From Phyllobates terribilis (Eukaryota), in assembly GCF_046119375.1 (NCBI RefSeq), contig NW_027362767.1:389174001-389238000 (forward strand): 64,000 nucleotides of DNA, given 5' to 3'. A program made the translations under genes and the position numbers. The notes beneath the pieces were generated by a model. That model made no database searches. It was given only the letters and a program-made list of their open reading frames with translations, and was not told the origin of the DNA. Positions 27,791-38,956 of this stretch are shown one piece after another (the first letter of the stretch is position 1; each line of letters begins with the position of its first letter).

Positions 27791-30709
27791 ATTTGAGGAC
27801 TTAATAAAGATGCAGTCCCTAAATTATTATTTATTTTTTAATAAATTTTTCCCAAAACTTTTGACGTGGGCTTCGCCATATTTTTGTATGCCAGCCAGGT
27901 ACAGCATCCAGCTTCTATGAACGCGCCATTTTCCGGGGCGGCCGCGGACTGCAATTTTCAGCGGGGGGGGGGAGGGCAAAAAGCTTGGGCCTCCCTGCGC
28001 TGCAGATTCCATCCCCCAGCTGCCTAGTTGTACCTGGCTGGACACAAAAATAGGGAGAAGCTCCACGTTTTTTTTTTTTTAATTATTTCATGAAATTCAT
28101 GGAATAATTAAGAAAAAAAGGGCTTCCCTATATTGTTGTGTCCGGCTAGGTACAAATAGGCAGCTGGTGGTTGGGGGCAACCCGTTCCTGCCTGCTGTAC
28201 CTGGCTGGACACAAATATAGTGTGAAGCCCCACGTCAATTTTTTTTTAATTATTTCAGGAAATTCATGAAATAATTAAAAAAAAATTATGTGGGGCTTCG
28301 CCCTATAATTGTGTCCAGCCAGGTACAGCAGGCAGGAACGGGCTGCCCCCAACCACCAGCTGCCTATTTGTACCTAGCCGGACACAACAATATAGGGAAG
28401 CCCTTTTTTCTTAATTATTCCATGAATTTCATGAAATAATTAAAAAAAAAAATGTGTGGCGCTTCGCCCTATTTTTGTGTCCAGCCAGGTACAACTAGGC
28501 AGCTGGGGGCTGGAATCTGCAGCGCAGGGAGACCCAAGCTTTCTGGGTCCCACCCGCTGCAAATTGCAGTCCGCAGCCGCCCCGGAAAATGGCGCGTTCA
28601 TAGAAGCGCCATCTTCTGGCGCTGTACCCAACTCATCCAGGGCCCTGGTGCGGTGGCTCACTGGGTAATAAAGGGGTTAAGGCCAGCTTGGCATTATCAG
28701 CTGGCCCTAAGCCCGAAATTCATGGGGTCACGCCAATATTAGACATGACCGCCATGAATTTCTAGTAAAGTATTTAAAAAAAACACAAACACCCAGAAAA
28801 AAGTCCTTTAATTGAAATAAAGACACAATTCTTTATTGTTCTAAATTAAACCATACTTACCGCCACACCCATTCCAGCTGAAGCCAACGATCTCCTGCAA
28901 TAAAAGTAAAATAATAAAGCAACCTCATCCTTACCTTTCCATGGTTCCCAGGACAGCTTCAGCTCTGCTACATCGAGATGACAGGCTGGACCGCAGCAGA
29001 ACGCTGCCATCCAGCCTGTCATCCCGCGGACACTGAGAAGCGCAGGCATGCTTGCGCTCCTCAGTGTCTTTCTGTGACGTCATCCAGATGAGCCGAGGTC
29101 ATGTCCAATGAACTCAGCTCACCTCATGCACGTCACTGACAGCGTGGGAAAATTCTCCTGCACTCAGCGCTTCAGCGTGAGAATTCTCCCACGCTGTCAG
29201 TGACGTGCATGAGGTGCGCCGAGTTCATGGGACATGACCTCACCTCATGCACGTCACTGACAGCGTGGGAAAATTCTCACGCTGAAGCGCTGAGTGCAGG
29301 AGAATTCTCCCACGCTGTCAGTGACGTACATGAGGTGAGCCGAGTTCATTGTCGGCTCATCTGGATGCCGTCACAGCCAGACACTGAGGAGTGGAAGTAT
29401 GCCTGCGCTTCTCAGTGTCTGCGGGATGACAGGCTGGATGGCAGCGTTCTGCTGCGGTCCAGCCTGTCATCTCGATGTAGCAGAGCTGGAGCCGTCGTGG
29501 GAGCCATGGAAAGGTAAGGATGAGGTTGCTTTATTATTTTTCTTTTATTGCAGGAGATCGTTGGCTTCAGCTGGAATGGGCGTGATGGTAAGTATGGTTT
29601 AATTTAGAACAATAAAGAATTGTGTGTTTATTTCAATTAAAGGACTTTTTTCTGGGTGTTTGTGTTTTTTTTAAATACTTTACTAGAAATTCATGGTGGT
29701 CATGTCTAATATTGGCGTGACCCCATGAATTTCGGGCTTAGGGCCAGCTGATAATGCCAAGCTGGCCTTAACCCCTTTATTACCCAGTGAGCCACCGCAT
29801 CAGGGCCCTGGATGAGTTGGGTACAGCGCCAGAAGATGGCGCTTCTATGAACGCGCCATTTTCCGGGGCGGCTGCGGACTGCAATTTGCAGCGGGTGGGG
29901 CCCAGAAAGCTTGGGCCTCCCTGCGCTGCAGATTCCAGCCCCCAGCTGCCTAGTTGTACCTGGCTGGACACAAAAATAGGGCGAAGCTCCACGTTTTTTT
30001 TTTTTTAAATTCATGAAATTCATGGAATAATTCAGAAAAAAAGGGCTTCCCTATATTGTTGTGTCCGGCTAGGTACAAATAGGCAGCTGGTGGTTGGGGG
30101 CAGCCCGTTCCTGCCTGCTGTACCTGACTGGACACAAATATAGGGCGAAGCCCCACATCAATTTTTTTAAATTATTTCATGAATTTCCTGAAATGATTTA
30201 AAAAAAATTGACATGGGGCTTCGCACTATATTTGTGTCCAGCCAGGTACAGCAGGCAGGAACGGGCTGCCCCCAACCACCAGCTGCCTATTTGTACCTGG
30301 TTGGACACAACAATATAGGGAAGCCCTTTTTTTCTTAATTATTTCATGAATTTCATGAAATAATTAAAAAAAAAAAATACGTGAAGCTTCTCCCTATTTT
30401 TGTGTCCAGCCAGGTACAACTAGGCAGCTGGGGGATGGAATCTGCAGCGCAGGGAGGCCCAAGCTTTCTGCCCCCCCCCTCCCCCCGCTGAAAATTGCAG
30501 TGCGCAGCCACCCCGGAAAATGGCGCGTTCATAGAAGCTGGATGCTGTACCTGGCTGGCATACAAAAATATGGCGAAGCCCACGTCAAAAGTTTTGGGAA
30601 AAATTAATTAAAAAATAAATAATAATTTAGGGACTGCATCTTTATTAACTCCTCAAATGTCATTTAGTGTTAAAATAAAGGACTTATTTTAAAAAAAATT
30701 GACGTGGGG
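27741..30709. repeat. About 3-kb near-perfect palindrome centred near 29225-29228
   Basis: Arm positions sum to about 58450: 27790 region vs 30660 region, 28452 vs 30000, 28800 vs 29650. Mirror ORFs 28846..29049(-) and 29399..29602(+). Central stem gtgacgtgcatgaggtg / cacctcatgcacgtcac. Confidence 0.92.
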
Positions 30710-31190
30710 CTTCGCCCTATATTTGTGTCCAGCCAGGTACAGCAGGCAGGAACAGGCTGCCCCCAACCACCAGCTGCCTATTTGTACCTGGTTGGACACA
30801 ACAATATAGGGAAGCCCTTTTTTTCTTAATTATTCCATGAATTTCATGAAATAATTTTAAAAAAAAATGCGTGGGGCTTCGCCCTATTTTTGTGCCCAGC
30901 CAGATACAACTAGGCAGCTGGGGGCTGGAATCCGCAGCGCAGGGAGACCCAAGCTTTCTGGGCCACCCCCGCTGCAAATTGCAGTCCGCAGCCGCCCCAG
31001 AAAATGGCGCGTTCATAGAAGCGCCATCTTCTGGCGCTGTACCCAACTCATCCAGGGCCCTGGTGCGGTGGCTCACTGGGTAATAAAGGGGTTAAGGCCA
31101 GCTTGGCATTATCAGCTGGCCCTAAGCCCAAAATTCATGGGGTCACGCCAATATTAGACATGACCACCATGAATTTCTAGTAAAGTATTT

Positions 31191-32094
31191 AAAAAAACAC
31201 AACACCCAGAAAAAAGTCCTTTAATTGAAATAAACACACAATTCTTTATTGTTCTAAATTAAACCATACTTACCACCACGCCCATTCCAGCTGAAGCCAA
31301 CGATCTCCTGCAATAAAAGTAAAATAATAAAGCAACCTCATCCTTACCTTTCCATGGTTCCCAGGACAGCTTCAGCTCTGCTACATCGAGATGACAGGCT
31401 GGACCGCAGCAGAACGCTGCCATCCATCCTGTCATCCCGCAGACACTGAGAAGCGCAGGCATACTTCCACTCCTCAGTGTCTGGCTGTGACGGCATCCAG
31501 ATGAGCCGAGGTCATGTCCAATGAACTCCGCTCACTTCATGTACGTCACTGACAGCGTGGGAAAATTCTCCTGCACTCAGCACTTCAGCGTGAGAATTTT
31601 CCCACGCTGTCAGTGACGTGCATGAGGTGAGCTGAGTTCATTGGACATGACCTCACCTCATGTATGTCACTGACAGCGTGGGAGAATTCTCACGCTGAAG
31701 CGCTGAGTGCAGGAGAATTTTCCCACGCTGTCAGTGACGTGCATGAGGTGAGCTGAGTTCATTGGACATGAACTCGGCTCATCTGGATGACATCACAGAG
31801 AGACACTGAGGAGCGCAAGCATGCCTGCGCTTCTCAGTGTCTGCGGGATGACAGGCTGGATGGCAGCTTTCTGCTGCGGTCCAGCCTGTCATCTCGATGT
31901 AGCAGAGCTGGAGCTGTCCTGGGAACCATCGAAAGGTAAGGATGAGGTTGCTTTATTATTTTTCTTTTATTGCAGGAGATCGTTGGCTTCAGCTGGAATG
32001 GGCGTGATGGTAAGTATGGTTTAATTTAGAACAATAAAGAATTGTGTCTTTATTTCAATTAAAGGACTTTATTCTGGGTGTTTGTGTTTTCTTT
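31191..32094. repeat. About 0.9-kb palindrome, second copy of the central palindrome module
   Basis: Mirror ORFs 31259..31462(-) and 31821..32024(+). The arms read as reverse complements around about 31641. Confidence 0.9.
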
Positions 32095-32642
32095 TAACTT
32101 TGACTATGGGGTTAGTAATGGGGGTGTCTTATAGACGCCTCTCCATTACTAACCTGGGCTTGATGTCAGCTGGCATTATAAGCTGACATCAACCCCAACC
32201 CTATTACCCCCTGCCACCGCACCAGGGCAGCGTGGAAGAGCGAGGCTAAGTGCCAGAATTGGCGCATCCTATGGATGCGCCATTTCTGGGGCGGCTGACG
32301 GCTGGTGTTTCTAGCCTGGGAGGGGGCCAATATTCATGGCACCCTTCCTGGGCTATTAATATCAGCCCCCAGCTGTCTGCCTAGCCTGTGCTAGCTATTA
32401 AATTAGGGGGGACCCCACGTCATTTTTTTGGGGGGGTCCCCCATTTTAATAGCTAGTAAAGGCTAGGTATTCAGCTGGGGGCTGATATTAGTAGCCTGGG
32501 AAGCTCCGTGGGTATTACCCCCTTCCCAGGCTTCAAACATTTGCCCCAGCTGTCTGCTTAACCTCCGCTAGAGCCTAAAATTAAGGGGAACCCCACGCCA
32601 ATTTTTTTTTAAATAAATCCTTTATTTTAACACTAAATGACA
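32073..32642 (+). repeat. About 560-bp internal direct repeat of element A1, copy 2
   Basis: Matches 27228-27790. Confidence 0.88.
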
Positions 32643-33552
32643 AGTACAGTAATCAACACTATCACTGTACTTCATATATATGTGACTGACATGTTTCTAT
32701 CTATCTAATCTATGTGTGATTCTCTATTCCTTCTATTCTAAATTGTCGGGTACAGATGCTGAATTGCCGGCCGGCTTTCTTAAAGAGACGGTGCATGAAA
32801 ACACTATTACTTTTTTAAATAAATCCTTTACACTAAATGACAAGTTCTGTAAGCAACACTGTCACTGTACTTCTTATATATGTGACTGACATGTTTCTAT
32901 CTATCTAATCTATGTGTGAAGCTCTATTCTGTCTGTTATAAATTGTCGGGTACAGATGCTGAATTGCCGGCCGGCTTTTTTAAAGAGACGGTGCACGAAA
33001 ACACTAATATTTTTTTTAATAAATCCTTTACACTAAATGACAAGTACAGTAAGCAACACTGTCACTGTACTTCTTATATATGTGGCTGACATGTTTCTAT
33101 CTATCTAATCTATGTGTGATTCTCTATTCCTTCTATTCTAAATTGTCGGGTACAGATGCTGAATTGCCGGCCGGCTTTCTTAAAGAGACGGTGCATGAAA
33201 ACACTATTATTTTTTTAAATAAATCCTTTACACTAAATGACAAGTTCTGTAAGCAACACTGTCACTGTACTTCTTATATATGTGACTGACATGTTTCTAT
33301 CTATCTAATCTATGTGTGAAGCTCTATTCTGTCTGTTATAAATTGTCGGGTACAGATGCTGAATTGCCGGCCGGCTTTTTTAAAGAGACGGTGCACGAAA
33401 ACACTAATATTTTTTTTAATAAATCCTTTACACTAAATGACAAGTACAGTAAGCAACACTGCCACTGTACTTCATATATATGTGACTGACATGTTTCTAT
33501 CTATCTAATCTATGTGTGAAGCTCTATTCTTTCTGTTGTAAATTGTCGGGTA
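32612..33552. repeat. 200-bp tandem array, about 4.7 copies, with alternating variants (400-bp dimer)
   Basis: aattgtcgggtac occurs at 32741, 32941, 33141, 33341 and 33541. The preceding sequence alternates ttctattcta / gtctgttata over the first four units. Confidence 0.95.
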
Positions 33553-33803
33553 CCGGTGAATGCCGCTGATGAATTGCCGGCTTTTCATGTCATTCTACAT
33601 TATTCTTAGTTGTTTTACTTCATGTAGAATTAACCTACAAGGAAAGAAAGGGTTTATTTTCATTCCGATATTTGTGTCCCATTGACTTGCATTGGTTTCC
33701 GGTATCGGAATCGGCGATATCCGATACTTTTTGGGTATCGGCCCGATCCAATCCGATACGATATTTCCTGATATCGGAAGGTATCGCTCAACACTAGTTA
33801 TCA

Positions 33804-34107
33804 CACAATCAAAAGTTCATTTTAATCAATAGATCTGAGAACCTCAATTTTAGTTTTGAAAATTTTGCTTAGCTGCTGTATATCATTAATATTTGGAAGT
33901 TAGATCTATGTCTTTTTTTTCTACAGTTATGTTACAATGTATTCTTCTTTCACTATTTTTCCTTTTTTTTCAATATGACACCAGCTAAACTGTACATTTA
34001 TATTGGGGCTTTAGGGAGATAGCCATCAGCCAAATGAGCATTCGGGCAACGGCTATCTCATGCGTATGGTCACCTTTTCTACATAAATTAGGATTGGAAT
34101 ACTTGGA
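33804..34107 (+). repeat. About 305-bp local direct duplication, copy 1 (copy 2 at 35345-35653)
   Basis: cacaatcaaaagttcatt...gaatacttgga is present twice with scattered substitutions and a short indel (ctgagaactgagaa in copy 2). Confidence 0.9.
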
Positions 34108-34452
34108 CAAGTAGGTCTGCAATGGAAATGCAGAAGAATAGGCACACACTACATAAATAGTAATCATAAAAACAACATGTAAAATAGGGTATAGAAAGGT
34201 AACCTGTTAGGTATAGATACATACTCATATAATGCCCATACAGCCACAAACTAAAGTGAAGATCACTGATTAAACATGTGGAATCATATCGTAGCTGGTA
34301 GCCAAGGAAGCAAATTATGCATATTGGTCATAATAAATAGAAAGAAGTGGCTGATTGGGCTAAAGAAATAGCAGTTTACCTGAAACAGGACCTTTCATGG
34401 TGGCTATTTATTTAGTATATGTTCCTGTTCTTCTGCATTTCCACTGCTGACC

Positions 34453-35335
34453 TACCTTTTTTTTTCGGACCATAAGACGCACTTTTTTCCCCCCAAATTT
34501 GGGAGGAAAATGGGGGCTGCGTCTTATGGTTTAAAAGTATCTTACCGGTGGTGGTGAAGTGGGATCGTGGCAGCAGGTGGCAGCAGCAAAAGAGGAGGTG
34601 AGGCGGGCCGGTATCTGCCCGGGGGCTGGGGCCTTGCCAGATTGAGGGGCCGGTGTCATGCTGTAAGCAACATGAGCAGTTTCCAGTGCGTGCAGCCATC
34701 TTTCTGAAGCTGTGATCTACAGGAAAATGGCCACCAGAACCAGCGCATATGCTCTGCCATGCCAGTGGCCATTTTCCTGTAGATCACAGCTTCTGAAAGA
34801 TGGCCGCAAGCATCGGAAGCTGTTCACGCCGCTCTGCCATGCCACTCAGCAAGACACCGGCCCCGGTACCAGGCCCCGGTACCAGGCCTCCAGCACCAGC
34901 CACCAGGCCCCTAGCCAACCAGTGCCAGTCACCAGGCCCCCTGGCCACCAGCACCAGGCATCCAGGCCCCAAGCCCCCAGAGGCAGCCACCAGGCACCTA
35001 ACCTCAGGCCACCAGCTCCAGGCACCCAGGCCCCAAGCCACCAGCGCCAGCCACAAGGCCCCCAGCGCCAGCCACCAGGCAACCAGGCCCCCAGACCACC
35101 AGCTCCAGGGCCCCTGCCTACCAGTGCCATGCCCCCTGCCCACCAGTGCCAGGACCCCAGCCCACCAGTGCCAGGCCCCCTGCCCACCAGTGCCAGGACC
35201 CCAGCATCAGCCACCAGGCCACCAGGCCCCCAGCTCAGACCACCAGCATCAGGCACCCAGCCCACCAGGCACCAGGCCCCCACCGCCAGCCACCAGGCCC
35301 CCAGCCCCAGGCCACCAGCACCAGGCTTGGCTTCC
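34453..35335 (+). mobile_element. Truncated non-autonomous DNA transposon, probably Tc1/mariner pogo/Tigger-like, with a GC-rich ccaccaggcccc repeat tract (34850-35325)
   Basis: The start tacc(t)nttcggaccataagacgcac resembles pogo/Tigger-type MITE termini (recollection). It has an internal partial inverse ctgcgtcttatggt at about 34518. The second terminus was not found. Confidence 0.45.
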
Positions 35336-35960
35336 TGAAGGACCCACAATCAAAAGTTCATTGTAATCAATAGATCTGAGAACTGAGAACCTCAATTTTA
35401 GTTTTGAAAATTTTGCTTAGCTGCAGTAAATCATTAATATTTAGAAGTTAGATCTATGTCTCTTTTTCTACAGTTATGGTACAATGTATTCTTCTTTCAC
35501 TATTTTCCTTTTTTTTCAATATGACAAAAGCTAAACTATATATTTGCATTGGGGCTTCAGGGAGATAACTATCAGCCAAATGAGCATTCGGGCAACGGCT
35601 ATCTCATGCATATGGTCACCTTTTCTACATAAATTAGGATTAGAATACTTGGATCTGGTTTATCTTATAAAAAGGCCAAAAAAGAGTTGAAATGTCATAC
35701 ATACTGTTACTTATTACCCACAAAGTCAATGCATAAAATTGACACATTACGGATTACTTCCAAAAACTGTACAGTGTACTAGTTACATATGGACAAGATC
35801 AGAAAAAATACACAACAAACCAAGGTACAGAGTTAAAAAGTCATCGTCAGTCTCTCTACTATATTTACACAGCTAAGGTACATAGAAAAACAGATTGAAA
35901 AAAAAGGAAATGGAGGTAGAGAAAAAAACAGAGAAAACAAGAACCAAAATAGAAGGAAGG

Positions 35961-37055
35961 GTCCAACCAGTGTCTTGAGATAAGACCTGGCTGCGTTTAG
36001 AAGGTGAGTTATAATAATGTAGTGATTGATAAGTTAATGCTGAGAATGGAGGTTGAGTAGAATAAGTGAGGGAGTTAGGGGGAATGAGGTATTGAGTACT
36101 TTCCCAATGTGTTTATGAAGTTTTTCCTAGAAGGGTGTGATCTTAATACAATTGTACCAAATATGAGAAGCTATTCCAAGTCTCGAGTTACATCTCCAGC
36201 AGTTGGATGAGTGAGAGTTGTCTATTTTATTAAGAATATCTGGTGTTTTATACCATCATGATATGATTTTGTAGCTAAGCTCTTGGTGGAGAAATGATGT
36301 GTATGTCCTTTAGTATTTTTGTAGCTTCCTCTGGGCTAAGGGTTATATTTAGTTCTTTCTCCCATTTGTTGATAAATTGGAGAATTTCCCCTGAGTCACA
36401 TAGAGTTTTATATATTTTGGACATTATTTTTTTTATTTTCGTTTGTTTTTATAAGAAGATTTTGTGTTGGATTATCTACTAGCCTGCTCGAGATATCTGG
36501 TATATGGAATCTAATTGTTTCTTTGAGAATTACCAGTTCTGAGTCTTATCGCAAGACACTGGTTGGACCCTGACTCCCCTTCCAATCTCTAAATGGGTTA
36601 ACGAAACAAACACCATATACTCATTTGAAAAAACTCGCCTGATTTATCTTAAAAAATATAATAAGCTCCTGGAACTATGGCATCAATGGCTCAAGTACCA
36701 AAATAAGATCATACTATAAAACATAGAATTGAGCAACAAATTATGTTTATACTATATATATTTTTTACCTGTTATGTGAGCATATTTCTTAAATGTGAAT
36801 TATCTGCCAATCCTCAGCAGGACTCTCCCTCTCCTACCCATCCTTTACCCTTCTTCTCCCTCTGTTTAATACCCTCCCTACTCCCACCTCGTTCCCCTAA
36901 TTCTCCAAGTTAATGTTACTCACTTATAAAACGAATGTTGTTTTTCCTTTTATTACATGTATGCAACTGTTTTTTTTTATATATATGTATACAATTGTTA
37001 TTATATATGTTTGTTTCTCGTCACAACATTCTTAAATAAAGAACATATATATAAA
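35961..37055. mobile_element. 5'-truncated, 5'-inverted L1 (ORF2 C-terminus and 3' UTR)
   Basis: 15-bp TSD AAAATAGAAGGAAGG at 35946-35960 and 37056-37070. The minus-strand part encodes the zinc knuckle SNCWRCNSRLGIASHIWYNC (about 36206-36147). The plus-strand part from 36543 encodes IARHWLDP...LLELWHQW, then AATAAA and an A-rich tail. Confidence 0.88.
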
Positions 37056-38539
37056 AAAATAGAAGGAAGGATTCATTAATTTATGTAATGAAACATTTTT
37101 ATTCCAATGTGGACAATCATTCAATATTGGTATGTGTTTTGGTAAATGTTATATTTATGTTGATTTTTTATTAATTTCCTGAAATTGGAGAATCCAAATT
37201 TCAAAAGGTTATCACTAATATCTAATGACCCAAAGCTAAAGAAATGTTGTAAAATATATGTCTATTCATAGTCCATATAAGAACTATTAACTTTGGCATT
37301 GAAGTAGCGATAAGTAATGAAAATTAGCAACACGCATTTCTGCAGGTAAGAAAATGTTTAAGACTGAATGTCTTTATTTTTGATTGTTTATTTGATTATA
37401 TTAAATTATTATTATTTTTTTAATCCAATTCTGGTACATGTGGATGTATCAGATGTTACTTGTGATATAGGTTCATAAACAAAATCACAAATAAATAACA
37501 ATGTGGGGCATTCATTAGGAAGTACTTGAACAATTTTTACAGGTCAAAAGTCTTTCGTAACTACGATGTTTTTACATGACTAGTCATCAAGATATTATTT
37601 GAATGTGTCAATACAATGTTACAATTCTCTAATGAAAATGAGTCCGAAATAAATAATGACATACATTTGTGTCTACTGATGTTGAGAGTTAAAATAGACA
37701 AGGGGGAAGAATAAAGACAACTTGATCAAAGTGAATCGGAAGTGCATGAGTTAATGTTTTTGTTTAACCCCTTCCATTTTTTGTTCCTTTGTAATTTTGT
37801 TCATTTTTTTTCTTTTATTTTCAGGTCACCATTTACAATGTGGTCTTCTCTGTTTTAAAATATATTGTATGGACCCTTTGAATTCTATGTATGTTTTTAC
37901 AAATGATGCGCAAATGTTCCAAAATGAATATTTGGCAGATTCGCTTAAACTTGGCTCGGAATTTCAATTTGCATCAAATTTATTAGACGGAAATCAAATG
38001 TGCCCTTTTATGTTCTGGAATCTCTTGATTACTCACAGCATAATAAATGCAGACTTTTTAAAATTATACTTATCTCTCACTGTCTCCATGATTGCTGCAC
38101 ATGTAAAAAAAAGGTGAAGTACCAAGTCACCCTGATTTTTTAAATATTTACATCAATTGTTACAGAGCGCTGTTGTATAGCATTTTCCTGTATGGTCCCT
38201 GAGCCATGTGCCCTGATCCACCTATCTCTCCCAGACAGGATTTAAGTACAGCTAACCTGGATTCTATATCTCCATCTGTTCACTTTAGGCCTGGTTAGGA
38301 ATATAGAGAAGTGAGTCAACAGAGTTAAGGTCAATCCAATGAGGTCACTTTGATGCTGGTGGATGGATTTTACACTTTTTAATCAAAAAATGTACTTCAG
38401 TTTTTTTTACATGTGTAGCAATAGAGGAATTGTTATACTTATTAATTGCAGATTGATGTTACAAATATTAGTATATATGTCTGTCTTGCTACTGTTACTC
38501 GATTGAATACTTAATATTGGTCGCTTTCATCTGTAACCA

Positions 38540-38954
38540 CCGTAGTGTTTAGAGGCTGTATGTCTTTTTTGTACCCTGGACCCTTAAAATTGTTCACAGT
38601 ATTCTAAATGTGGGCTGATTAGTAATTTGTATAGAGGCAAAACTATGTTCTCGTCAAGAGCATTTCTACCTCTCTTAATGTATCCCATGATTTTTTGCCT
38701 TAGCATCTGCTTGCAATACACCCCTCTTTTTCACTGACAGTTCTACCCTGGTGTTTCACCATTTAGTACATAATTGTACATTTTGTTTCCTCATTCTTAA
38801 TGCAAAACATTATATTTAGCTACATTAAACTTCAATTGCCATTTTTTAGCCCAATCGTCAAGCTTTCCTGAATTCCTGCAATATTAAAATATCCTCCTTT
38901 GCTTTGATTAACATATGCAGCTTAGCATCATCTGCAAATAAAGAAGTACTAATA
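38540..38954 (-). mobile_element. CR1-type LINE reverse transcriptase fragment, part downstream of the Tc1 insertion
   Basis: Minus-strand SLFADDAKL and PLYKLLISPHLEYCEQF match CR1 RT motifs (FADDTKL; YKSLVRPHLEYC). Confidence 0.8.
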
Positions 38955-38956
38955 TA

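Larger units (their letters stand above)
25679..33796 (+). mobile_element. 8118-bp non-autonomous hAT element (family A, copy 1), no coding capacity detected
   Basis: 11-bp TIR TAGTGTTGAGC at both ends. Exact 8-bp TSD GTTATCAC at 25671-25678 and 33797-33804. Clustered CCGATA/TATCGG subterminal motifs at both ends. Confidence 0.95.

Noticed and set aside
27827-32024. Recurrent ORFs such as MPALLSVCGMTG... and MGLRPIFVSSQ..., also at 60.5-62.4 kb
   Set aside because: They recur only because the palindrome arms are copies, and they vary in start, stop and frame between copies.
34712-35373. Pro/Gly-rich 119-208 aa ORFs resembling collagen or mucin
   Set aside because: Several frames on both strands are open over a GC-rich simple repeat, with no Gly-X-Y register.
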